In this document: piece by piece, positions 1 through 9,687 of the stretch | Layout: each line of letters begins with the position of its first letter | Position numbering within the stretch: the stretch's first letter is position 1 | Source of the DNA: Candidatus Nanohalarchaeota archaeon | Lineage (GTDB): Archaea; Nanohalarchaeota; Nanosalinia; Nanosalinales; Nanosalinaceae | NCBI GenBank assembly: GCA_022729235.1 | Contig: JALDAJ010000001.1 | Location: 512,001 to 576,000, forward strand | Length of the DNA: 64,000 nt | Direction of reading: 5' to 3' | The notes under the pieces: model-generated | What the model was told of the DNA's origin: nothing | The model's input: only the letters and a program-made list of their open reading frames with translations | Database searches by the model: none | Program-made: the position numbers and the translations under genes

Positions 1-398
1 CTGGGAACTAAATCTTCTGCTAGTTCAAGAGTGTCTTGAGCTTCTTTCTTAGTAATATCTTCACCTCTGTATTTTGAATCGTTACGTAGCTCTCTGAACT
101 TGTTCAGTTTATTGACTTTTTCATAAGATATGTCGAGTTCTTCAAAGGCGTAAACTATTGATGCCTCATGATTGTAGGATTTGTATCCTTCTGATATGAG
201 GAATGCGTTGATTATTTCTCTTATGGATTCGTAGGCGTCCTCCAGTATCAGGTCGGCGTTTTCTTTACTTACCTCTCTGTATTTCACGTAATCTAGCCTT
301 TTCCGGGACTTGTTCTTCAGGCTTTTTCCTTGACTAGGATTAGGAGTCCTCTCCTGTACCGTTTCTTCTTCGATGAATCTTTCGAAGTCTTTCATCAT
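1..398 (-). CDS. HEPN-domain protein (toxin partner of the MNT), runs off the window edge
   Basis: Not in the ORF track. Hand translation from the ATG at 398, overlapping the MNT stop: MMKDFERFIEEE...LEDAYESIREII...GYKSYNHEA...FRELRNDSKYRG. This is a HEPN-like pattern with R-x4-Y. Confidence 0.75.
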   Translation of the reverse strand, partial: MMKDFERFIEEETVQERTPNPSQGKSLKNKSRKRLDYVKYREVSKENADLILEDAYESIREIINAFLISEGYKSYNHEASIVYAFEELDISYEKVNKLNKFRELRNDSKYRGEDITKKEAQDTLELAEDLVP

Positions 399-916
399 AT
401 CACTTTCAGGAAGCCTTTTAGCACGGTCCCGTTCGCCAGACTGTTTCGGAAGTTTTCGTTTACTTCATCCGTGCTGTCAATGTTGTGCAGGTTAATGTCT
501 CTTTTTAGTTTTTCCTCGTATTTAGAAACTTCTAGGTCTTTCTGTCTTCCATTTACGATTGCTATATCTATATCAGAGTCTTTAAGATCTTCTCCTTTCT
601 CAAAAGATCCGAATAAGACTATGGCATCAGCCCGAAGTTCTTTATCAATGAACGCTACTAGACCGGAGCTGTAAATAGTGTCTATGTTATAGAATCTCTT
701 TAATCTACTGAAATCTTTGCCGGTAGAGATATTCTTTGTTACATTGGTTTTCTCTATTTCCAGTACTCCTTCAGCTAGTTCGTCTGCAATCTTCGAAACC
801 CATCTGGGTGAAACGTTGCTTCTTCTTGAGAGTTCCCGTATAGATACCTCTAGCTCAGGATTATCAAAGAAAGGCTTCAGAACCTCTAACTCTTTTTCGT
901 TTAGTTCAGTAAACAT
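395..916 (-). CDS. HTH-fused minimal nucleotidyltransferase (MNT antitoxin)
   Basis: N-terminal HTH (SIRELSRRSNVSPRWV) and LFGSFEKGED..DSDIDIAI (GS...DxD). Likely start is MFTELN at 916. Confidence 0.85.
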   Translation of the reverse strand: MFTELNEKELEVLKPFFDNPELEVSIRELSRRSNVSPRWVSKIADELAEGVLEIEKTNVTKNISTGKDFSRLKRFYNIDTIYSSGLVAFIDKELRADAIVLFGSFEKGEDLKDSDIDIAIVNGRQKDLEVSKYEEKLKRDINLHNIDSTDEVNENFRNSLANGTVLKGFLKVI

Positions 917-1004
917 GTGTTTAGTTTGGTACACGAGTGTTTATAAAAATACACGTCTTATCCGGTCGAGAAACTTAAAACTGCTTTGTTTCTTATTGAG
1001 TTCC

Positions 1005-2150
1005 ATGTCCAGTATTTTTGATGACAGGATTAACCAGGTCGTGGGTTACAGGACACTACACGGTTTTGCTGTCGGCCTGGTCTCGATTTTCATCCCGATT
1101 TTTATAGCTCAGGAGGGCTTCCCTCCGGAGACAGTTTTCTCCTTCCTTTTCGTGCAACTTCTCGTTTTCACTCTTTCCGCTGTACCTATAGGCTGGCTTA
1201 CCTCAAGACTCGGTGTCAGGAATGTATTCCTGGGGTCATCGATTTTCTATGTTCTGGTTTTCCTGGTTTTGAGAGCGTTCACACTGGAGCCTCTCGTGAT
1301 TTATTCCGCCGCAGCTGTAATGGGAGTGGCGTTGGCGATGCACTGGATACCTGTTAATCTTGAGTTTACTGAGGGTAGCGAGGTTGAGAACCGGGGAAGC
1401 AGTTGGGGGCAGATTGAAGGCATACCTCAGATAGTTGGTCCGTTCGCGCCACTTCTGGGCGGTTTTATCTTGGACTACCTAGGTTTCAGCTTTCTGGTAA
1501 CTATATCCCTGATGCTGGCATCTATCTCGGTTCTGCCGATGGTTCTCGGCAGGAGTTTTGGAAAACCGGAGTTTGAGATCGGAGAGCATTTATCACCTAG
1601 GAAAGACATTGATCTCTGGCTTCTCTACTTTTTCGATGGGTTTTCTACTGCGGTGTACGCCTGGATATTCCCTCTTTTCATATTCTTCTCTGTCGGAGGC
1701 GTGATTGATGTCGGTGCAGTCCAGGCCCTCGCAGGTATAGCGGGAGGTCTGTTTTCTCTCGGCGCTGGCAGGCTCTCAGACAGGTTTGACAAGGCCAGAC
1801 TTGTTTTTGCAGGGGTGATTCTTGCCGCAGCAGTCTTTGTTTTCGTGCCGGGTCTTGAAGACCGGTGGGTTGCCTTCGTTGTTTCGTTTCTTTTGGGGCT
1901 TGTGTACATGTTCCACGTTATCCCTCTAGCATCAATTATAGCAGATATCGCTGATCAGAGAAGTGTTCTCGGGTTTTACTCGGTTAGAGAGATATTCCGG
2001 GGTATGGGATACGTTTCTCTGGTAGGTGCCACGGTGTTGCTGATATCGGCGTATTCCCTGGAAAAAGCTTTTTTGGTAGCGTTCTACGCTGGCGCTACGA
2101 CATTTATCGCTGTAGGAATACTTGTGTCCTTAGTTGACTCTAGGCGTTAG
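1005..2150 (+). CDS. MFS transporter
   Basis: About 12 hydrophobic segments and motif-A-like GWLTSRLGVR / GRLSDRFDK. Start re-set to MSSIFDD at 1005 because the upstream part overlaps the MNT gene. Confidence 0.85.
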   Translation: MSSIFDDRINQVVGYRTLHGFAVGLVSIFIPIFIAQEGFPPETVFSFLFVQLLVFTLSAVPIGWLTSRLGVRNVFLGSSIFYVLVFLVLRAFTLEPLVIYSAAAVMGVALAMHWIPVNLEFTEGSEVENRGSSWGQIEGIPQIVGPFAPLLGGFILDYLGFSFLVTISLMLASISVLPMVLGRSFGKPEFEIGEHLSPRKDIDLWLLYFFDGFSTAVYAWIFPLFIFFSVGGVIDVGAVQALAGIAGGLFSLGAGRLSDRFDKARLVFAGVILAAAVFVFVPGLEDRWVAFVVSFLLGLVYMFHVIPLASIIADIADQRSVLGFYSVREIFRGMGYVSLVGATVLLISAYSLEKAFLVAFYAGATTFIAVGILVSLVDSRR

Positions 2151-2163
2151 ATGCCGAGGTAAA

Positions 2164-3387
2164 TTAGCTTCTCAGCCTTTCATCGACCTGTTCCTGGAAG
2201 TCCATTACGTGTTCCATGATGACTCCGAATCCCTGGAAGGGATGGTCGAAGTAGGAGAAGTAGTTGTGGACTGCGTGGTCATCGTTCCATGACTTGGTGG
2301 CGATGTGGTGCAGGTGGTCGCTTGTCAATAGTTTCCTCCAGACCTCACTTACCTCCGGGTCGTCGAGTTCCTTGACTTTTTCCTCAAGTTTCTGCAGCCT
2401 GTCGAAAAGCCTTTTCTGTACAGGGTTGCCGAGCCATGCGCTTGCGTCCATCTCCTGGTCCGCCCATGAAACGGTGTTGTATTCGAACGCGTCGAACTCG
2501 CCGACCGGGTCTTTCTCCGCAACTTCTCTAACCTTTGCAAACCCGAGGTGGTCGTGTTTCAGGACTTCGTTCGGCAGTGATTCCAGAAACCAGAGAATAC
2601 CTGTTCCTTCCCAGTGGTGTTCGCCGAAGGTTTCGTAGTCCATGAAAAGGTTGACCATGTCGCCCTGGCACGCACTTAACCATGCGGCATATTTATCGGC
2701 GGTTAAAGGGTACTCGTTCCACCATTCCGCGGAGAAACGGTAACCGATATCGTCTGTTAGTTTCCTGTTTCTCAGTAGTATAGAGTTGCCGTTTTCCGTT
2801 ACGAAGTCCGGCTGAGTATAGGCGTGGTTCGGCGAGCGCCAGCCGAGTATCCTTGGAACACCTTCAGTGAATATGCCGCTGTATCCTTCCTCGCTTGCTA
2901 TCTTCCCTATCTCATTGTGGTATATAAGTTCGGTATTGGTCATGACCTGTGGAGTCACGCCAAAGGTATCTTCTATAACCTCCCGGTGCTTTCCCAGCTG
3001 GTGGCGGAACTCTCGCTTATCGTAGAAGAGTCCTGCAAGAGAGTGGTAGTGTGCCTGACCGATAAAATCAATGCTGTTATCAGGAAAGTCGCTGAGCATG
3101 TCGATGAGCTCCGGATGATACTGCTTTGCCTGTTCAACCCAGCTAGAGGAGATGGAGAAGTTGACTTTGAATTGCTCGCGTCTGTCTTTTCCCTCCCGTT
3201 TTTTTGCAATCCTGAGCAGTTTCTCGGTCGCGGGGAAATAGCAGTTTTCTGCGACGTCCTTGAAGAAGTGCTCGTTCATCGCATCGTCAAAATAACGGTC
3301 GTACAGGTTATCCGTGTCTTCGTTAACACCTTCGACTCTCAAGCGGTGAGGTTGATGCACCTCGAACGAGAGGGTTACTGGTAGCAT
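2164..3387 (-). CDS. Glycoside hydrolase family 57 (alpha-amylase-like)
   Basis: FEVHQP, HYHSL, NTELIY, FMDYETFGEH, SWAD and TSDHLH GH57 motifs. Confidence 0.9.
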   Translation of the reverse strand: MLPVTLSFEVHQPHRLRVEGVNEDTDNLYDRYFDDAMNEHFFKDVAENCYFPATEKLLRIAKKREGKDRREQFKVNFSISSSWVEQAKQYHPELIDMLSDFPDNSIDFIGQAHYHSLAGLFYDKREFRHQLGKHREVIEDTFGVTPQVMTNTELIYHNEIGKIASEEGYSGIFTEGVPRILGWRSPNHAYTQPDFVTENGNSILLRNRKLTDDIGYRFSAEWWNEYPLTADKYAAWLSACQGDMVNLFMDYETFGEHHWEGTGILWFLESLPNEVLKHDHLGFAKVREVAEKDPVGEFDAFEYNTVSWADQEMDASAWLGNPVQKRLFDRLQKLEEKVKELDDPEVSEVWRKLLTSDHLHHIATKSWNDDHAVHNYFSYFDHPFQGFGVIMEHVMDFQEQVDERLRS

Positions 3388-3468
3388 AGCCTTGAATTAT
3401 CCCGCGTGTTTAAATCAGGGTGTGATTCTACCGTGGCGTTAAAAATCGATGCGGTCAATTGAAGATGT

Positions 3469-3702
3469 ATGAACGTGGAAACCCGGGAGACTGAAAGAGG
3501 TACCGAGATAAGAGTCGGGACCTCGCAAAAAGTTGCTGTAGCGGTCAAAACAGGTGAAGGCGAGCGCATCTACCTCCCGGAAGCTGACGGCTCTGACTCC
3601 AGCTACTACGTTGAAGAACCGGAGAGTCTGAGGAAGACCGATGAAGGCTACGTGGTACTACACCTCGGCGCAGTCGAGGACGTGGAAGTTATCAGTGGTT
3701 GA
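3469..3702 (+). CDS. Small acidic conserved hypothetical protein
   Basis: 77 aa with GERIYLP; lies between GH57 and GT4 and overlaps the next gene. Confidence 0.7.
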   Translation: MNVETRETERGTEIRVGTSQKVAVAVKTGEGERIYLPEADGSDSSYYVEEPESLRKTDEGYVVLHLGAVEDVEVISG

Positions 3703-4322
3703 TTATGGATGATATGAGAAATGAAGTGAAGGAGGGCTACGAACAGGGAGACTATGAAGGCGAGTACCGGCAGGATAGAGAACTCCGGGATGAAGAAAAA
3801 CAGTTGCTTGATAAACTGTTCTCGGAGCTTGATCCGGGCGCAGAGATACTGGATTTAGGATGCGGTACAGGTCTACCGTTCGACAGGTATCTCGCGGAAA
3901 AAGGTTACAATGTTACCGGAGTGGATATCGCCGAGAACCATGTTGAAGCGGCGCGCCAGAATGTTCCTGATGCGGAGTTCCTGCAGGGAGACTTCTTTGA
4001 ACAGGAGTTTGGAGAGAACAGTTTCGATGCGGTTGTAAGTTTTTACGCCATATTCCACATCCCGAGAGATGAACATAGAGAGCTTTATGAACGGATTAAT
4101 TATTGGCTGAAAGATGCGGGTTACATGCTCGCCACCGTGGCAGGTGGAGAGATGGAAGAGTACAGGGACGAAGACTTTGTCGGTTCTGAAATGGTCTGGA
4201 GCTCCCATTCGCAGGAAAAGAACAGAGAGTTAATCGAGGATTCAGGTTTCTCAATAACTGAAACTTACGAGGAAAAAGATGACGAGCACCATCTCTGGAT
4301 ACTGGCCGAGAACACGGCTTAA
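3699..4322 (+). CDS. Class I SAM-dependent methyltransferase
   Basis: ILDLGCGTG, GVDI, FDAVVSFYAIFH. Confidence 0.9.
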   Translation: MIMDDMRNEVKEGYEQGDYEGEYRQDRELRDEEKQLLDKLFSELDPGAEILDLGCGTGLPFDRYLAEKGYNVTGVDIAENHVEAARQNVPDAEFLQGDFFEQEFGENSFDAVVSFYAIFHIPRDEHRELYERINYWLKDAGYMLATVAGGEMEEYRDEDFVGSEMVWSSHSQEKNRELIEDSGFSITETYEEKDDEHHLWILAENTA

Positions 4323-5353
4323 AGATACCTGTAGATATCCCGTGTTTCCTCAGCGACCTCTTTCCAGCTCCTTGACTCGAACTCCGGCACTTCTCGCTCT
4401 AGAGCTTTTCCAATTCCTGACGCGATCGAGTCGGATTCAGGCTCCACGCTCACTATCGCGTTATCAGGGAGTACCTCTTCCGCACCGTTCCGGGTCGCGA
4501 CCACGGGTGTTCCTGCCTCGATAGCCTCTGTTAATGTAAGTCCGAACGGCTCGTTTATGGACGGCGAGACGAAAACGTCTGCGCTCGTGTAGTAGTCACC
4601 GAGCTCCTCTTCCGGTATGAATCCTTCAAAAATAACGTTTTCCTCGATACCGAGGAGTTCCACGAACTCCTCCAGCGGCTGGCGCATGTGTCCGTCTCCA
4701 CCCAGTACGAGTGTTCCGTTGTTGTCCTCCAGGAATTTGGAGAACCCATAGAGTAGGTGTTCCAGTCCTTTCTGCTCCGCGTGCCTTCCAACGTAGAAGA
4801 TCATGGTGTCGATACCCTGCTCTTCTTTGATGTTCCTGCCGTTGGTTTGAATCCGTGAGAACCCGTTGTGGACGACTTCTGGTTTTCTCCCGTATTGGTC
4901 TGTGACTTCGTCGGCGAGCATATCACTCACTGCTATAAGTTCATCTGACTCTTCCACTACTCCGCGCTCCATCTTTTCAAGCCTGTGAGAGGGGTTGCGG
5001 GAGCGCTGAGAGCTGAGTGAGTGAAATGTAGAGACCCATCTAACGTCCGCGTACTTCTTCGCCTTTAATCCGGGCTCGGCTCCGAACCAGTCGTGCGTGT
5101 GTATTATGTCGTAGTCGCGGGCAAGTTCGACGACCTCGCTGCTCATGTTTCTGGCGCGCTCTATCATGTCGCCCTCTCCGGTCTCCAGGGCGATCACATC
5201 TTCATCTTCCGGAGCTCTTTCTTCCGGCAGCGCGAGATCGATGTTTACTCCTAGCTCCTTTAGTTCATCGAAGAGGCGGGCTACATGTATGTCAAGTCCA
5301 CCGTCGATGTTCGGCGGGTATCCCCATCCCAGCATCAGGATTTTTTGATCCAT
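4319..5353 (-). CDS. GT4 glycosyltransferase (glycogen-synthase-like)
   Basis: YPPNIDGGL, IHTHDW, VGRHAEQKG, PSINEPFGLTLTEA. Confidence 0.9.
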   Translation of the reverse strand: MDQKILMLGWGYPPNIDGGLDIHVARLFDELKELGVNIDLALPEERAPEDEDVIALETGEGDMIERARNMSSEVVELARDYDIIHTHDWFGAEPGLKAKKYADVRWVSTFHSLSSQRSRNPSHRLEKMERGVVEESDELIAVSDMLADEVTDQYGRKPEVVHNGFSRIQTNGRNIKEEQGIDTMIFYVGRHAEQKGLEHLLYGFSKFLEDNNGTLVLGGDGHMRQPLEEFVELLGIEENVIFEGFIPEEELGDYYTSADVFVSPSINEPFGLTLTEAIEAGTPVVATRNGAEEVLPDNAIVSVEPESDSIASGIGKALEREVPEFESRSWKEVAEETRDIYRYL

Positions 5354-5357
5354 GTAT

Positions 5358-5741
5358 CTAACTTTCTGGGTTGACGTCTTTTATTCCTGATATTTTCTCA
5401 AAATCCGTGTCTCCGGTTACTACTTCTGCTCCAACTTTTTGGGCTGTACCTGCTATCAGAATATCTGCGAGATTGATCTTTTTTCCTTGTTTTTCCAGAT
5501 TTTTCTCTATTTTTGCGGCTTCTTTTGCAGCATCATTACTCAGTTCCTTTTTATTTAGCCATTCTAAGTTTTCTTCCAGCGTCTCAAGATTATTTCCTGT
5601 TTTGAGTTCTCCTCTGAAGAGTTCGAACATTGAGATTGTTGAGGCATAGAAGGCTTCCTCGCTGTTTGCTTCCAGATAATTTATTGCGTATTCCTTACCT
5701 TTCAGGTAATCGACCAGAAAACTTGTGTCCAAGAATTTCAT
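5358..5741 (-). CDS. vapC: PIN-domain toxin (VapC family)
   Basis: FLDTSFLVD...EL...ADILIAGTA...TGDTDF. Confidence 0.9.
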   Translation of the reverse strand: MKFLDTSFLVDYLKGKEYAINYLEANSEEAFYASTISMFELFRGELKTGNNLETLEENLEWLNKKELSNDAAKEAAKIEKNLEKQGKKINLADILIAGTAQKVGAEVVTGDTDFEKISGIKDVNPES

Positions 5742-5956
5742 TCGTCTTTCCTCAGATCTCTGTCTAATTTTTCTCTACCTTCCTTAATTACTTCGTCGAT
5801 ATTCTCTTTATCTTCCCAGCTTCCGAAACCTTTTCTGAAGTTCTTCTTGTTTTCTGTGACTTTCATTATGACCTCGCTGAAACTCTCATTTTCTTCCTTG
5901 AAACTTTTCAACCGTCTATAAGCTTCTTCTCGTATAGACAAACTCTTAGTTGCCAT
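5738..5956 (-). CDS. vapB: Antitoxin (archaeal VapB / DUF217-like)
   Basis: TKSLSIREEAYRRLKSFK..ESFSEVI; 4-nt overlap with vapC. Confidence 0.85.
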   Translation of the reverse strand: MATKSLSIREEAYRRLKSFKEENESFSEVIMKVTENKKNFRKGFGSWEDKENIDEVIKEGREKLDRDLRKDE

Positions 5957-5972
5957 GTACGTATATACGTAC
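5957..5972. promoter_or_regulatory. Perfect 16-bp palindrome, probable VapBC operator
   Basis: GTACGTATATACGTAC directly abuts the vapB start codon. Confidence 0.65.
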
Positions 5973-6113
5973 GCATAAGTTAAGTGTCTTTGGACTGACT
6001 GGGATACCTTATAATCCGTTCTGGTACGGGGAAAGAGACTTTTCAGGCAGCGATTTCAGAAAATTTCGGCGATGTAAACTGCGGGAAGAGGAGAAAATAA
6101 ATAAGAAAGTGGG

Positions 6114-7148
6114 TTAAGGAACTGATTTGATCCTGACAGCGTCGTTCGTCTTTTTGATGCTCGTGTCTTTATCCTCAAGCTCGAACATAGCTCGGATCGC
6201 GTCAACGTTGTCCGGGACGACGATCGCCTCCTGGTGGACCATGTGGATCCAGTAAAGCGTTCCGTTCTCAACTGTTACGGTTTCCTCCCAGACCGCTGCT
6301 TCATGCATATCGCTTCTCTCGCTGTGAAGGTCGCGCATCCTCTCGTGTATCTTCCCTGTGGAGTCGTAGCCGTCTCCGGCAGAAACTAGCGAGACGCGCG
6401 GCTGTTCTTCGAACGCTTCCAGCACCTCTTCCTCGTTTGCTTCCTGTTCGAGTTCGACGTTGACCATGTGTACGTGCCCGTAGGTCACAGGGACTTTCAC
6501 CGCTAATGTCTTGATGTCTAGATCGGGCATCACTGCCTGGACGTCGGGTCCGTGGTGGCTTGGTACTTCTGTTACCGGAACCGTGGAGTTGATTGGTCCG
6601 CGTCCATCCTGGGGGATGTCGCCTCCACGTCTTACCAGCGAGGCGACTGCATGTTCGACTCCAAAGTTTTCGTCAACGGCGCTCATAGTCCTCGAGAGCG
6701 AAGTGGTGTTGCAGGATACGACTTTCACGAAGTCCTCACCTTCCGCTTCCTCGTAGTTTGCGTCGGCGTTGAATGCTACGGGCGCGATATCCTTGGGTGC
6801 TCCTCCCTGGAAGATAGCTTTAACATCGTTGGGTTCGTAGAGGTTCTCCTTGTTCTTCTCATCGATACCTGGCGGGGTACAGTCAACGACTACGTCTACT
6901 TCGCCGAGAACGTCCTCAAGGACGCCTTCGACATGCATACCGTCTTCTCTCAAGTTTTCTACTCCGTCCTCGCTGGACCCATAAAGAGAGGTCTTGTGAA
7001 GAGCTCCGTCTTCGCTGAGAACTGTTCGCAGCCCTCCGCTTGCAGATACGTCTGAAAGCCCGTAAAGCTCCATATCATCCTGTTTTTTGACGGCTTCCGC
7101 CACTCGTTTACCGATTGTTCCGACTCCGTTGACAACAACTTTTACCAT
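6114..7148 (-). CDS. gap: Archaeal type II glyceraldehyde-3-phosphate dehydrogenase
   Basis: VNGVGTIGKRVA, VVSCNTT (catalytic Cys), PSHHGPDV, HQEAIVVPDNVDAIRA. Confidence 0.95.
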   Translation of the reverse strand: MVKVVVNGVGTIGKRVAEAVKKQDDMELYGLSDVSASGGLRTVLSEDGALHKTSLYGSSEDGVENLREDGMHVEGVLEDVLGEVDVVVDCTPPGIDEKNKENLYEPNDVKAIFQGGAPKDIAPVAFNADANYEEAEGEDFVKVVSCNTTSLSRTMSAVDENFGVEHAVASLVRRGGDIPQDGRGPINSTVPVTEVPSHHGPDVQAVMPDLDIKTLAVKVPVTYGHVHMVNVELEQEANEEEVLEAFEEQPRVSLVSAGDGYDSTGKIHERMRDLHSERSDMHEAAVWEETVTVENGTLYWIHMVHQEAIVVPDNVDAIRAMFELEDKDTSIKKTNDAVRIKSVP

Positions 7149-7232
7149 ATTATCACGTAACATGTTACGCTGGCGGGAATAAAAACGTGACTCACAGAGG
7201 ATTTTTATCCTGAACAGGAAAATCTTTTCCTG

Positions 7233-8012
7233 ATGGAAGAACTGCTTTCAAAGCTCTCGCGCGACCCTGACTCTCACAAAGGTGAGAACGGTCGTGTCGG
7301 CATAATAGGTGGCAGTGTTGACTATACAGGCGCTCCGGCGCTCGCCGGTAAGGCTGCGTTGAGGACGGGTTGTGACCTGGCGGAGATTTTAACGTCTGAG
7401 AAGTCACGGGAAGTGGTCGCGTCATTCTCCGAGAACCTGATAGTAGACTCTTACCCGTCCGGCTACCTGCGGAGGGGTGGTGCTGATGACGCTATTGAGC
7501 TGGCGGAGAGGAGTGACTCTGTTGTTATCGGTCCTGGTCTCGGGGAGCCGGATGGACGGGCTGTGAAGAAAGTGTTGTCCGATATAAAGGTGCCGACAGT
7601 CGTCGATGCGGACGCGATAGAACCAGCACTGGAAGCTGAGCTTTCGGACGCGGTCCTGACACCGCACCGTGGAGAGGCCGAGGTCATCGAGGAGCGCTGC
7701 GGTTCGATACAGGCGTTCGCAAAAGAGCGCAACGCTGTCGTAGTTGTCAAAGGTCCAACGGACATGATACACACGCCGAGCTATGTTTTCGAGAACGAGA
7801 CAGGTACTTCTGCTATGACGGTCGGCGGAACAGGTGACACATTAGCAGGTGTGATCGCGTCACTGATGTCACAGGGTCTTGAACCTGTAGAAGCTGCAAG
7901 GCTAGGAACATGGATCAACGGTAAGGCAGGAGAGCTGGCGGCGGAGAAGTATGGAAACGGTATGGTGGCGACGGACATGCTGGAGAACATTCCTGAGGTG
8001 ATGTGGCAATAA
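7233..8012 (+). CDS. nnrD: ADP/ATP-dependent NAD(P)H-hydrate dehydratase
   Basis: HKGENGRV.IIGGS..YTGAP, DADA, LTPH.GE, GGTGDTLAG. Confidence 0.92.
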   Translation: MEELLSKLSRDPDSHKGENGRVGIIGGSVDYTGAPALAGKAALRTGCDLAEILTSEKSREVVASFSENLIVDSYPSGYLRRGGADDAIELAERSDSVVIGPGLGEPDGRAVKKVLSDIKVPTVVDADAIEPALEAELSDAVLTPHRGEAEVIEERCGSIQAFAKERNAVVVVKGPTDMIHTPSYVFENETGTSAMTVGGTGDTLAGVIASLMSQGLEPVEAARLGTWINGKAGELAAEKYGNGMVATDMLENIPEVMWQ

Positions 8013-8114
8013 GTATGTTTATCTCGTGGAGTTCTGTTTTAAGGGCTAAGTTGTTAGATAGGAGCGATGATGCGCTCCGAAGAATATTTAATTATTAGGT
8101 AGTGATGAACTAGT

Positions 8115-8561
8115 ATGCTTGGAGATGGTTATTCTTCTAGGAGAGATATATTACGAAAAGCTGCGATTTTTGGAGGAGGTTCGTTGGTTGCAGCTAGCGG
8201 AGTTATGGGGGGTACGTTCACTCTTGCCAGTTACGAAGAGAAGGATTTCGAAGGAGCATACGCCTTGCCCTACGGTGAAACAACTGAAATCACTGTTAGC
8301 GAGAATAATCACGGACAGTCAGTCCGGGAATCGAATCTCCCGTTTCCAGAGATTTATGATATGACTGCAGAGTCTGTCGGAGAGAGTCAGCTTGAGGTAG
8401 ATATACATAAGAGAGGTAGGGAAGAACCCGAATGGAGTTCTAGAGAAGTAGATACGGGTCAGCGCTACGGTTTTCCTGGGGAGGACTGGGACGTTAGTTT
8501 TCTACGTGACGAAGAGAATGAGAGAGCGTGGGCGATACTTGAATCGCCTGATACCTCCTAA
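8115..8561 (+). CDS. Hypothetical protein with twin-arginine-like N-terminus
   Basis: SSRRDILRKAAIFGGGSLVAA followed by an acidic domain. Confidence 0.65.
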   Translation: MLGDGYSSRRDILRKAAIFGGGSLVAASGVMGGTFTLASYEEKDFEGAYALPYGETTEITVSENNHGQSVRESNLPFPEIYDMTAESVGESQLEVDIHKRGREEPEWSSREVDTGQRYGFPGEDWDVSFLRDEENERAWAILESPDTS

Positions 8562-8725
8562 AACCTCTGATAAAGCCTGTTAATTTGAATGTGATTTACA
8601 AGGTCTTGACATGTTTCGTGAGTCGAAACCTTGTCTGGGCTCCTATAGTTGGTCACTTGGAGCGGATACCGGAGCCGAAAACGGTGGCGGCTGGCGACTG
8701 AGCCCGTTGCACTTGTATAGTCTCC

Positions 8726-9262
8726 CTATTTTCTCTTGATATTCTCCTTTTTCCAGCCGGGCTTGAACTCGTACTGGATGCCGGATTCTTCTATCTCTTG
8801 CGTGAATTCCTCAATTTTTCTCTTGGCGCATTTCGGTACAAGGTAGCTCCATTCCTCGCCGGAACGTATACGTCTCCTGACCTCGGTACCCGAGTATATC
8901 CCGGGGTCGAACAATTCCTGCTCTATAAGTTCTAGTCCTGTTTTTTCTTTCACGATTCTCTGGACTAGGTCGTTCTGCGACATCACCGTATCTATATCCA
9001 GTTCTTCAAGTTTCTTCGCCCATCTCTTGTTTCCTTCTTCCGTCTTCTCCTCGTCTTCCAGCGGCAGGACTTCTATCTCGGGAAAACATGTTTGAATAAT
9101 TTCCTTTCTCTCTTCGAAGCTGAGCGGGTTTTCCTCCTCCCGCTCCTTGTCGGCGCTACCAACTATTATCGCCAGTTCGTCGAACTCGTCCCTGTATTTT
9201 TCCACTACCTGCTGGTGTCCCTGGTGGAAAGGCTGGAACCGTCCGAGGAATCCGGCGGTCAT
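8726..9262 (-). CDS. Nicotinamide-nucleotide adenylyltransferase
   Basis: GRFQPFHQGH (HxGH), NPLSFEER, SGTEVRRRI. Confidence 0.9.
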   Translation of the reverse strand: MTAGFLGRFQPFHQGHQQVVEKYRDEFDELAIIVGSADKEREEENPLSFEERKEIIQTCFPEIEVLPLEDEEKTEEGNKRWAKKLEELDIDTVMSQNDLVQRIVKEKTGLELIEQELFDPGIYSGTEVRRRIRSGEEWSYLVPKCAKRKIEEFTQEIEESGIQYEFKPGWKKENIKRK

Positions 9263-9687
9263 TTTTCGGGTCTGTAATTTTGTAGATTGACGGCTTTTGA
9301 GAATGTCTCCACTATCTCGTCGTCTGTTGTCAGGAGAGTTGCTTCAAGATATTCTGCTAGTGCTGTGTAAGTTGCGTCATAGACAGTCATATCGAGTTCA
9401 AACGCTTTCTCGATTGCAAGCTGTATTACCTCGTTACTCGGCGCCAGTACGTCTATTTCCATATCAAGGATGCTCTGGTAGGCTTTCTGAACGTCTCCAT
9501 CGTCATATTTAGGATTGTATCTGAGTGCGTTGGATAGCTCGTAAAGTATAAGGTCAGGAACCACTATCTGCAGGTTGTCATCTATGTATGATTGTCTGAC
9601 TTCGAGCGCTTCTTCAGTAAGTTCTTCGTCTGAGAACCACTTAACGGCTACTGAAGCATCGACAACCACTATCTCTTTTGGCGCCAT
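9259..9687 (-). CDS. vapC: PIN-domain toxin (VapC family)
   Basis: VVDASVAVKWF, YELSNAL, TVYDATY.ALA, LLTTD. Confidence 0.9.
   Translation of the reverse strand: MAPKEIVVVDASVAVKWFSDEELTEEALEVRQSYIDDNLQIVVPDLILYELSNALRYNPKYDDGDVQKAYQSILDMEIDVLAPSNEVIQLAIEKAFELDMTVYDATYTALAEYLEATLLTTDDEIVETFSKAVNLQNYRPEK

Noticed and set aside
717-1004. N-terminal extension of the MFS ORF (likewise 57414-57509 for uS15 and 47529-47591 for ScpA)
   Set aside because: The extensions overlap an opposite-strand gene or precede the recognisable family N-terminus; they are ORF-caller artefacts.
8590-8725. 5S rRNA, SRP RNA or RNase P RNA
   Set aside because: None of the diagnostic motifs (5S CCGAAC loop, SRP helix 8, RNase P GAGGAAAGUCC) is visible on either strand.
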